64,000 nt of DNA from Tubulanus polymorphus (lineage: Eukaryota; Animalia; Nemertea), in NCBI RefSeq assembly GCF_964204645.1, contig NC_134033.1:5294231-5358230 (forward strand), written 5' to 3'. A program made the position numbers and the translations under genes. Under the pieces are notes generated by a model that had not been told where the DNA came from, searched no databases, and saw nothing but the letters and a program-made list of their open reading frames with translations. Numbering within the stretch: position 1 is the first letter of the stretch; each line of letters starts with the position of its first letter. This document shows positions 41,685 to 51,700 of the stretch, piece by piece.

Positions 41685-42720
41685 TCTAATAATGATGAAA
41701 CTTTCCGAATACATTTTTGACTTTTTTCCCCATAGAAATGAGATTTTTGTGGAAATTTACCCTCTTTTCTAGTAAACTGTATAATTTGTCCACATAACAG
41801 ATGAAGTAAACGAATCAAAGATTTTGACCTCCCATATCCCTGACTAGAGAGAATGATAGTTGGTATTGTTAGCGAACAGAGTCGCCGCACGACTGACTGG
41901 TCATCACAGTTTTGTTTTTGTATTGAGATGTACATTGAGAAAACCTGGCGGTATACGGGGGTGGCGATACATGGGAGGGCGGTATATCGGGGGTTGGCTG
42001 TAATTGTCATCATCTTGTCTCTGGTCTAACACGCTTTTGACGCATGTCATTTGGAATGTCCTGGCATGGAGTAAAGATGACAAGGCTTCCAGTACTCCAT
42101 CAAACGAGAACATTCATGGTCCTTGCCTACAAACGATCAGAGAACCCTTATTGATGATACTACACATGTACAAGGACACTGGGACATGGACGTATATGTT
42201 CTGCTAAGTTTTCGATTAAGTTTTGTTGAGTACCTGCTGAATCAGCAACTGAAGCAAAGCTAAATTGTGCCATGCCATACTTTCCTACATAATGTTGAGT
42301 TTGAAAATAAATTGTATCTTTTCGTTCGGTCACGATTATCTGTTTGTTAAACAGTATAAATGGAGCTGGTTCTATCGCTATTGGTCATCCAATGGAGGCG
42401 CTGACTGGTTCACAACAATGACCCTGGAATCAAAATGACTAAATCGAATCGAGACTTATTGGTGTAGTTTTCCTTCTAACGTAATTTTCTATCCATCTGT
42501 ATGAAAATTGAAGGCCTGTGGTAAGTGGAAATATGAGTTTGCGTTATTTTTCGACCACGCTGTTTAACAGCTTATAAATTTGTTGATGCAATACCGAAAA
42601 TTTAAATACACAATTCTATGATTTTACTAATTGGATTGGTTACTAAGTGGTAACCTTAGTAGATTTGAAAAGATCCTGTACGTGATAATTACGTACACTG
42701 GATTAGTAGATCTCTGGAAG

Positions 42721-43713
42721 ATGGCAGTCACTGATGCAAACTCGACAAACTCGACAGACGACACCGTTACAATTAGTCACATGCTTCTATCCGGTACGTG
42801 GCAGAACGCTGTTTGGTACACGTTCAATATTTACATATATTTCTGGATGGTGACCGGTGTTACCGGGGGTTTACTGTCTGCAGTCGTCATGTTCCGTCTG
42901 CGTCGCACGTTAGACGCGTGCACCTTCCAGTATTTGGTACCGCTAGCTTTCTCTGATTCGATTTATGTCGTCACTTTTTCGTTGAAGTCTCTTGAACGAA
43001 TTCACATCGTGGTCGGCACCGCGCACGGTGTGTACGTTTTCTACACCGTGAACGATTTCACCTGTAAATTTGGAATGGTGCTCAACAATTTCGGAATCAA
43101 AACCTCTACACGGATTCTGTCGTGTTTTGCCGTCGAACGCAGCATAGCCGTTTTGGTTACATTGCGAGTTGGGAGACTTATGACCCAGGCTCGCCGCCGG
43201 AATGTTATCGTATCGGTTTTTCTTTATCACGCCGTTACGGAAAGCGCCCAAGGAGTCACTTACCGCATCAAAACCATCGGGCTTGGTTTAAAAAACTGTC
43301 AAATGGACACCGTTTCAGAAGTCGTAGCACAAATCAACGTTATCTATTCTTACACGACGGTGACTATCATTCCTTGGGTTGGTTTGATATTTTCGACGGT
43401 TTTGATCGCTACTCAGTTCGCCAGACGAGATGTCAAGTTCAAAAACAAGAACACTTCCGAACAGGAACGCAGATGCGTGCGCAATCTGATTTGCATAATC
43501 ATAGCCTTTTTCGTATTCAACGCACCAATTACCGTATTGAACTTAGTTTACTTTACGTGTGACAAACTGAGGCATTTACCAAATCCAATACAGCATTTAT
43601 TCTACCTTATCGGCGGCGTTTTTATGATCACAAATAGTGCGGTTAATTTTTTCATATATATCGCGAATTTGAAGTCATTTCGAGACGAACTGGTGCGCAT
43701 AGTGAAACACTGA
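42721..43713 (+). CDS. Intronless rhodopsin-class (class A) GPCR, 330 aa, peptide-receptor/chemoreceptor-like
   Basis: Seven hydrophobic segments; LAFSD (TM2), C at the top of TM3, ERS at the DRY position, FVFNAP (TM6), NSAVNFFIY (TM7), FR in helix 8; N-terminal NST sequons. Confidence 0.92.
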   Translation: MAVTDANSTNSTDDTVTISHMLLSGTWQNAVWYTFNIYIYFWMVTGVTGGLLSAVVMFRLRRTLDACTFQYLVPLAFSDSIYVVTFSLKSLERIHIVVGTAHGVYVFYTVNDFTCKFGMVLNNFGIKTSTRILSCFAVERSIAVLVTLRVGRLMTQARRRNVIVSVFLYHAVTESAQGVTYRIKTIGLGLKNCQMDTVSEVVAQINVIYSYTTVTIIPWVGLIFSTVLIATQFARRDVKFKNKNTSEQERRCVRNLICIIIAFFVFNAPITVLNLVYFTCDKLRHLPNPIQHLFYLIGGVFMITNSAVNFFIYIANLKSFRDELVRIVKH

Positions 43714-43944
43714 GAACGGAGGCTCGAAAAGATCACATTTCCATATCATAAGTAATAGGGTATTAGTTGTTCTATACTAAAGGTCGAAAGGTAGAAAAAT
43801 AAATTCTCGCACACTCGAATTTATTTTTCGACCGTTCAACCTACCCTATTACTTCTATATAATTACAAGTCTCATAAATTTACAAGCCTCGACACGCTGA
43901 GTATTGCGTAATACATGTAGTTTTCTAGAATCATCCATTTAGAA

Positions 43945-44243
43945 AACTACATTAGCCAATCACAGTTGAGTATTACTCTAGCCAATCATAGTTGAGTATT
44001 CCCTATTACTCTATCCAATCACAGTTGAGTATTAATCTATCCAATCACAGTTGAGTATTCCCTATTACTCTAGCCATTCACAAGCCTCATAATTTACAAG
44101 CCTCAAAACGCAGCTGGGGATTCCCCACTGTTGAGTAGTATAAATAGGCGGGACTCACACGTGGCGGCGGTACGCGTTGAGAGGTAAGTGTCGAGAGGTA
44201 AGTGTTATGTTCAATTTTAATAAAAAAATTCGATATTAAAATG
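43945..44243 (+). promoter_or_regulatory. TIR-embedded promoter module (mirrored at ~49588-49890 on the minus strand)
   Basis: Tandem CCAATCACAGTTGAGTATT repeats, GGGGATTCCCC (44116-44126), TATAAA (44139-44144), CACGTG, AG|GTAAGT, ATG at 44241. Confidence 0.65.
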
Positions 44244-44289
44244 GAGAGTAAACAAGTACACAGTGAGAACAACAAATCATTTCTAGATA

Positions 44290-44697
44290 GATACTATTAT
44301 AGGATCGGCAATTGTTAACGCTTTGGCATTTACTGGTGGTGGATATTTATTTAAACATATTGATAAAAATAGTTCATTAGGAGAACAAAGAAGACATAAC
44401 TTAGCATTAGAGAAATATAATAAAGCTGCAGAAGAATATAGAGAAAAAAGACAAAACTATATGGATTACATCAATAAAGAATTATATAATCAGAAAATTA
44501 CACATAGAGATTTTCAATCAGTCGATGAAGCTATGAGTTTATATAACGCAGTAACAAATAAAGAAAAATTACATTTGTACAAACCTAAATTATCAAATTA
44601 TTATACCCCAAGTAAAGAACAACAAAAATATGAAATAATTTGGATTTTAGGTGGAACAGTTATTGTCATATTTGTTGCAAATAGATTTACTAATTAG
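44290..44697 (+). CDS. Element-encoded small protein: hydrophobic Gly-rich N-terminus, coiled coil, C-terminal TM; function unknown; start uncertain
   Basis: Open frame IIGSAIVNALAFTGGGYLF...EIIWILGGTVIVIFVA in otherwise stop-rich AT DNA. Confidence 0.7.
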   Translation, partial: DTIIGSAIVNALAFTGGGYLFKHIDKNSSLGEQRRHNLALEKYNKAAEEYREKRQNYMDYINKELYNQKITHRDFQSVDEAMSLYNAVTNKEKLHLYKPKLSNYYTPSKEQQKYEIIWILGGTVIVIFVANRFTN

Positions 44698-44716
44698 TAA
44701 TTTCTTTTCTAAATAA

Positions 44717-45125
44717 ATGGCTGATGAAGTTGATAATATTGATATTATTCCTCATGATATAAATAAAACTAAATTAAAATTATATTTGGAAAAACAAATA
44801 TTAGAATTTGAAAGTGACTTAAAGATAGAAAAAAAATATTTAAAATCTAAAATCAAATATTAGTGGTTCAGTTACAATTAGTTCTGTTATAACATTTTTA
44901 GCAATATTAACACCTTTATCTATATCAATTGGCGTGTTAGGATAAAGTTCAAGTGTTTTAACCGGAATAAGTTCAAAATTGAATATAAAAAAGTAATAAA
45001 GAAAAAATAAAATCTAATATAAAAGAAATTAATGAATCAAAAAATACATTAGATTATATAATAAGTTTAAATGGTAATATAACAGTTGAATAACAGGATA
45101 AATTATTAAAAGAATTAATAAATTA
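44717..45125 (+). pseudogene. Decayed element-encoded small membrane protein
   Basis: ATG 44717 MADEVDNIDIIPHD...; hydrophobic hairpin (ISGSVTISSVITFLAILTPLSISIGVLG) interrupted by stops and frameshifts. Confidence 0.45.
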
Positions 45126-45145
45126 TTAATTTTTTTATTATATAA

Positions 45146-45615
45146 ATGGTAGATAGTTTTCCAAAAGCTTTCCAATATAATAAATAAATTAAATATAATA
45201 TTCCTGCAATAGATTTTAATAAAGATATTTCATATAGGAATGAAGTTTTAAATTCATTAATTAATTTAGATATTTATGTTACTGAAACTAATAATTTCAA
45301 TGCAAAGATGGAAAATATAGTTCATGTATATTTAATTAATTTAAAAAAAATGAAAGATGAAAAACAATGGTTATTAAAATCTAATATGAAGTATTGGCAG
45401 AACAAATTAAATTTGCTGTTTATTGTGCTAAAACAGGATGTGGAATAAGTTGGAATGATCATTTGAATAATTCTAAATATAAATTAATTCAAAGTTTATT
45501 TAGATTCCATACTTATTTTCAAATAAGATTAATATTAAATGAATTAGTGACTCCTTTGCCAGAATCTAGATATTTTAAAGAATTAGATAATAATATTAAT
45601 TTAACAAATCTAACT
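45146..45615 (+). pseudogene. 5' fragment of an element-encoded protein with QIKFAVYCAKTGCGISW motif, truncated by the internal deletion
   Basis: ATG 45146 MVDSFPKAFQYN; protein-like frame 45394-45615 abutting the truncated PolB. Confidence 0.6.
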
Positions 45616-46402
45616 AAAAAAAATCCATTTTTATATCTGTAAATTTTAATCCACAATCCCAAGTTAAACCTGACACTAGAATAACAATGGCAAGGATCAA
45701 TATTAAAATATTTTAGATTTACGTCTCTAAACCTTTCAAATATATCAGTTAATAATATTACATCTGATTTTAGATATAAATCTACTAATTGTCCATGATT
45801 TTTTATTCCAAAATGATTCCAAATATTCAATGTTCTATTATATACTTCATCTTGAACATATTCATTTTTTAATTCATCATAGAATTGTTCTTTTAATAAT
45901 TCAGTGATATTGAAATCATTATGTGATTTATAAAATGAATATGGAATTGCGCCTCTATATCTCATTAATTGAAAATCATCATTATTTGGATAGTGTTGCT
46001 TTAATATTTTCAATTCATCATTATCTAATGAACTACCTAAAAATCTATATGAATCTATAAATCTTAGGCATCCAAATTGGAAAGATATATAATTCTCAGA
46101 TGTTTTATTAGCTAACTTTTTAAATTTATATGTTGGTATTTTATCTTTTGATCTATATGAATTTACTCTTTCCATTTCATTATTTTTGATGAATCTTTTT
46201 AATAGTATTTGAGGATCTGAATAATCAATTATATCATTTTCATAACAATTTAATATTTTTCTTTTATGATATATTCCTTTTCTATCTTGATCAGTTAGTT
46301 CTTTATTTAATGATTCAAAATCTCCATATATTACAAATGTTACTTTATTTTCGTAATTATATTTTTTGAATTCTAATACTTTATCCTTTTCATTTGGTAA
46401 AA

Positions 46403-48044
46403 CGGCCGAAGTCCGATATACGACATTATAGTGCAACGTGTAGAGATACTTTTGGAGTAAATCGGGGAATTAATGCGCAAGCTGAAATATAAAAGCGTAG
46501 TAATATGGAACTAAAAGAAGTTCCATGAAAATAGATCCTTGATTGGGGATCCATATTCTACAGCTGATGACCCGCAACACCTTACATACTAGGGTGATGA
46601 CTCTAAATGACGGTTGACAGATGACACCCAACACACCAGTTAGGTGACGACTCGACAGGACGGTTGACAGATGACACCCTACACACCAGTTAGGTGACGA
46701 CTCGACAGGACGGTTGACAGATGACACCATACACACCAGTTAGGTGACGAATCCACAGGACGGTTGACAGATGACACCCAACACACCAGTTAGGTGACGA
46801 CTCCACAGGACGGTTGACAGATGACACCCTACACACCAGTTAGGTGACGACTCCACAGGACGGTTGACAGGTGACACCATACACACCAGTTAGGTGACGA
46901 CTCCACAGGACGGTTGACAGATGACACCCTACACACCAGTTAGGTGACGACTCCACAGGACGGTTGACAGGTGGACACCCTGCACACCAGTTAGGTGACG
47001 ACTCCACAGGACGTTTGACATGTGACACCCTACACATCCTCCCTATGATAACCCAAGATGAACGACACGTCTGGATGCATTAGAAGAGAAAAAATTTCAT
47101 TAAAAAGTAAACGTCGTGGCCATCTGCAATTCGATCGAATTGAAACCCCACCGATACGATTACGAGCGCAGCGTCATACCACTAGACCAACGAGCTCGCT
47201 GACATCTAACGTGAAGGATAAACCCATAACGTGAAGTATAATGTTGTAACGTGAAGGATAAACTCATAACTTGAAGGATAATGTCATGACGTGAAGGATC
47301 AACTCACGTCATCAAGGATAAACCTATTATGTCACCAGATGGCGTGCCGGTCGGAAATAGACCGGCAACCAGTCTAAAATAATTTCGGTTAAAATGCAAA
47401 TTCATTTTATTCATCATACGATTCAAATTCAATTCAATTCAAAATAACTCTTTACGGTTAAGAAGCGTCGTAAGTTTTACGGCGGACGAGTGGAGGTTAA
47501 AAAAAGTTTATCTCGAAAAGTTTTGTATAGTATAATGTGCTCGAGTACTATTGTCTATTATGTATGGGGTACTTCTGCAATTCAGTAGGCTTAATAAAGT
47601 AATTAATGATTCTCTGTTAGTGTTGTTGGCCGACATATTTTGCGTGTAATTTTCCGCACCGGAAATCAAAATTACCTCCACTCCACCTTAGAAAAATACG
47701 CATTTTAATCGCAATTATTTTAGACTGGTTGCCGGTCTATATCCTTCACGTCAGATTAAGGTTGATCCTTCACGTCATGACATTATCCTTCACGTTATGA
47801 GTTTATCCTTCACGTTACTACATTATACTTCACGTTATGGGTTTATCTTTCACGTGATGACTTTAGCGTCTGTTTGGCGGGGATGGCCGCCCATAAAAGC
47901 CACACTGTAGTCATGGTTGACAGGTTGCCTCTCGTCGTTTACTCTAACTGTCAACTGTCAACTGTCAAACGCTGTTAACACTGACCGAAGAACGCAGTGT
48001 AACTCTACACACGCACTATAATGTCGTATACTGGACTAGCGCCG
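46403..48044. mobile_element. Non-coding TIR element nested in PolB
   Basis: ~45-bp imperfect TIR (CGGC..AGTCC..TATACGACATTATAGTGC..GTGTAGAG); 6-bp TSD GTAAAA (46397-46402 / 48045-48050); removal restores CKIVLPNEKDKV. Confidence 0.85.
46608..47035 (+). repeat. 50-bp minisatellite, ~8.5 units
   Basis: GACGGTTGACAGATGACACCCWACACACCAGTTAGGTGACGACTCSACAG. Confidence 0.95.
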
Positions 48045-49281
48045 GTAAAACTATTTTACAATAATCATGATTTTTCACATAATTGTTTATGATTCAATAA
48101 TGCACTTTCAGTTCTGAATTTAGTTATACATTTTCTACATAGATATATTTTATTATCAAAATCATTTTCTGATTTAAAACTAAATCAATGCGTTTTATCC
48201 ACATATAATGATTCTCATAATATAATATATCTATAACATCATTTGAATCATAATCTTTTGATAGGTATAGAGGTTTTAATGTAAAATGTTTAATATTGTT
48301 ACCTTTTGTTTTTGGTAATTTGACTAAATCAAACACATTTATCTTTATATTATTATCTCTTTCTATTTTTGGAATATTTTTAATTCTAACAGGATAATAA
48401 TCTATCTTATAATTATTTTCAAATGGTTTATAATTTGTTAATCTAAAACTATGAGTAATATCTTCTGTTGGATGTAAACAACTAGTAATTGACCATAGAA
48501 AACATTTATTATCTTCATTTTGAACATTTATTACTGCTTTCGTTGTGAATGGTAATTAGCTTGTTGCATTTATATTATCATCTTTATAATATGATGAATT
48601 ATTTTCATCAATTGGTTTTGATTTAGTTAGCTTATTATATTTTGTGTTATAAACATGATAAGTCATAAATATTATTTCATCGAATATTAAACCTGATCCT
48701 TCAAAGTATTTCTCTTCTATTTTACTTTTTATTTCATTATAACATTTATCTAATTTATCTATATGTTGTTTAGATATAATATGTTGTGAATGAGAATTTA
48801 TATTATATATTGGTTTATCTTCAGATTTTATAAATTAAACTTTAGAAGATATACTAATTTTAGGGTATTCAACATCTGTAATTATTTTAATAATATTTTT
48901 CATATTTTCTAAATGTTTTTTATTTTCTTCTTATGTTTTTCCTTTATGAAATTTAAACTCGATAGCTTTTGGACCAATATCACTTTTAAATGCTTCAGTT
49001 ATTTCTATTTCTTTTTTATTATCTAATGAATGAATATAATTTCTTACATCTTCCATGTATGGCGTTTTATTGTTTATTTTATTTTTTATTCTTTTAATTG
49101 TCTTCTGTTTCTTATCATTATCATTATCAAAATAATCTTCACCTAAAATATCATGATTAATAGAACGATAACCACACTCAAACGTGGTGAACGGATAATA
49201 AGATCGTCACGACGATGATCTCTAGGGTGAGATCGTCGTGTCTTTTATATATTTTAGATTGAATAAATAAATTTCTGGTTT

Positions 49282-49590
49282 TTAAATTCTTTTAATCTGT
49301 AAATAGTGGGATTTTATCTTATTATCATTATTAATATTTCTAATATGACTTTTAGATTTTAAATGTTCTTTATAATATCTTTTATCACTGAATGATTGAT
49401 TACATGTATCACATTTGTATGTTTCTTTTTCATTCTTCAATTCATCTAATTTAGTTTCTAATATATCATCTTTATATTCTAAGTTTAATTTATTCTCTAA
49501 ATGTGATTTGGTTTTATTATATCTTGCTTTTTGAGATTTATCTATATTGATTTTACATGTTGGGCAGTAGTACTTCTTATTTGCTTCCAT
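49282..49590 (-). CDS. Element-encoded C2H2-type zinc-finger ORF (possibly the 5' end of the PolB reading frame)
   Basis: MEANKKYYCPTC...KSH and YKCDTC...HLKSKSH; ATG lies at the inner edge of the right TIR. Confidence 0.7.
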   Translation of the reverse strand: MEANKKYYCPTCKINIDKSQKARYNKTKSHLENKLNLEYKDDILETKLDELKNEKETYKCDTCNQSFSDKRYYKEHLKSKSHIRNINNDNKIKSHYLQIKRI

Positions 49591-50399
49591 TTTAATATCA
49601 AATTTTTTATTAAAATTGAACATAACACTTACCTTTCAACGCGTCCCGCCGCCACGTGTGAGTCCCGCCTATTTATACTACTCAACCATGGGGAATCCCC
49701 AGCTGCGTGTTGAGGCTTGTAAATTATGAGGCTTGTGATTGGCTGGAGTAATAGGGAATACTCAACTGTGATTGGATAGATTAATACTCAACTGTGATTA
49801 GATAGAGTAATAGGGAATACTCAACTGTGATTGGCTGGAAATACTCAACTGTGATTGGCTATAGTAATACTCAACTGTGATTGGCTAATGTAGTTTTCTA
49901 GATGGATGGTTCTAGAAAACTACAGGTATTACGCAATACTCAGCGTGTTGAGGCTTGTAGATTATGAGACTTGTAATTATATAGAAGTAATAGGGTATTA
50001 GTTGTTTTGTATCAAAAGTTGAATAGTCGAAAAATAAATTCGAGTGTGCGAGAATTTATTTTTTGACCTTTCGATCTTTGGTATAGAACAACTAATACCC
50101 TCTATCATAATCCATAAAACGTAAATAGTTCTTGAAACTACTAATTTATTAGGTTATATTTTACCTAATGAAGATCCTTTACATTACTAGCAAGTGTCTT
50201 AACCTATCTCTACTGATTTAACACTAGGTTAAGGCGGCTCCTCTACGAAAATAGATAATCATGATGATTTTTTTATTCAATTTCAAAACCTTAATATTGC
50301 AGTATCTGGTAAACTGTTCCACGAGGATGGTGCAGCAAAAATGATACATCGATTGCTATAAAAAAACCCGTTCCGGAATTAACTTGAAAAAATGTGACA

Positions 50400-51420
50400 T
50401 TACATCGCAATATAAGTGGACGACCCGCTTCATAAGGACTAGGAAATTCAGTTTTACCTCACGAGGTCATCTTTGTTCAAGTAATTGATTCGGCCCAAAA
50501 TAAGTTTCTTGGTATTCGTATCGACGACGAGCGAAAATGGGATGTTCATATAGATTATGTTCGACTGGCTTCAGTGTCGAATACAGGGAAATATTGCAAG
50601 GGTGATGGAACATATTCTATACGTGGATTCGGTTCTTCATTTTGACGTCATTCGAATACCAATGGCATCTGAAAAGGTATACTGGATGTCCGGATGACTG
50701 GTTGACTGGACGACAGGTCGACTGGTTGACTGGACGACTGGATGACATTACTATCATCACCACGTCCACCTTCTCCATCAACTCCACAATCACCTCCTCC
50801 AGCACCACAATCATCTCTATCACCGGCATCAACATTACCTTCAACATCACTACCGTAGCACGATTACAGTCTCCATCATCCCCACCATCTCTGTAATCAT
50901 CACCATCATCGTCTCCATCACCATCACCACCATCGCACATTGAACCATTCATCCAGACGACCAGTCGTCTAGTCACCCAATCACTCAGTCATCCAGTCGT
51001 CCAGTTGCTTAGTCACCTAGTCATCAAGTATCCAGTCGCCTAGTCATCCAGTCGGCCAGTCATACAGTCGTACAGTAATCTAGCCGCTCGGTCATCCAGT
51101 CATACTGCCAACCAGTCAGGTGTGCATATTCGTGATCATTCCTTGTTTCATTGGCGTGAATGTTCTAAAAATTCATGAATTCAACAATTTACAGCTGGGT
51201 CGTTTTATGTTTAATGATGTAAGTCCAAATACACCGGCTAGTTTCAGAACTATTTCCAATTCATTTTTCAGGTCCATGGTCGTCAGACGCAAAGTGTAAA
51301 TAATCTACACATTACACCGAAATCAAACACGAATCTTATTTCCAATATTCTTTCATAGTAATACCTTATCCAAACATAAGTTGAATCACCGGTCCGAATT
51401 GTTTATACTAAGGAACAGGT
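50400..51420 (+). mobile_element. Highly decayed CR1/L2-group LINE 3' fragment interrupted by a low-complexity/foldback insert (~50670-51120)
   Basis: KFLGIRIDDERKWDVHIDYV (~50502-50560) and LKIHEFNNLQLGRFMF (~51165-51212). Confidence 0.5.
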
Positions 51421-51503
51421 TTACTTTAAAACAGAATTTCCCTGAACTAACCCAGTTCATAATTCAGCATAAAGCTTGAAATGATTCTGGATATCGTAAA
51501 TTC

Positions 51504-51700
<197 letters not shown>

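Larger units (their letters stand above)
45620..49100 (-). pseudogene. Protein-primed family B DNA polymerase (N-terminal and exonuclease portion), disrupted
   Basis: INVQNEDNKCFLWSITSCLHP (~48470-48535), HYMWIK, FVIYGDFES, LRFIDSYRFLGSSL, YLKSDVILLTDIFERFR, IDPCHCYS-GLTWD; polymerase motifs absent; split by the insertion at 46403-48044. Confidence 0.9.
43751..50103. mobile_element. Internally deleted Polinton/Maverick (adintovirus-like) element
   Basis: 6-bp TSD ATCATA (43745-43750 / 50104-50109); AG...CT ends; ~500-bp TIRs (43751-~44245 / ~49586-50103); very AT-rich; pPolB remnants. Confidence 0.9.

Noticed and set aside
42631-42720. N-terminal extension of the GPCR from the TTG start in the ORF track
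   Set aside because: Non-ATG start; ATG 42721 has good context (AAGATGG) and is followed by typical N-glycosylation sites
39769-50103. Composite transposon carrying the GPCR between the two elements
   Set aside because: Outer flanks (TACGTA and ATCATA) are not a TSD, and element 2 has its own TSD, so the insertions are independent
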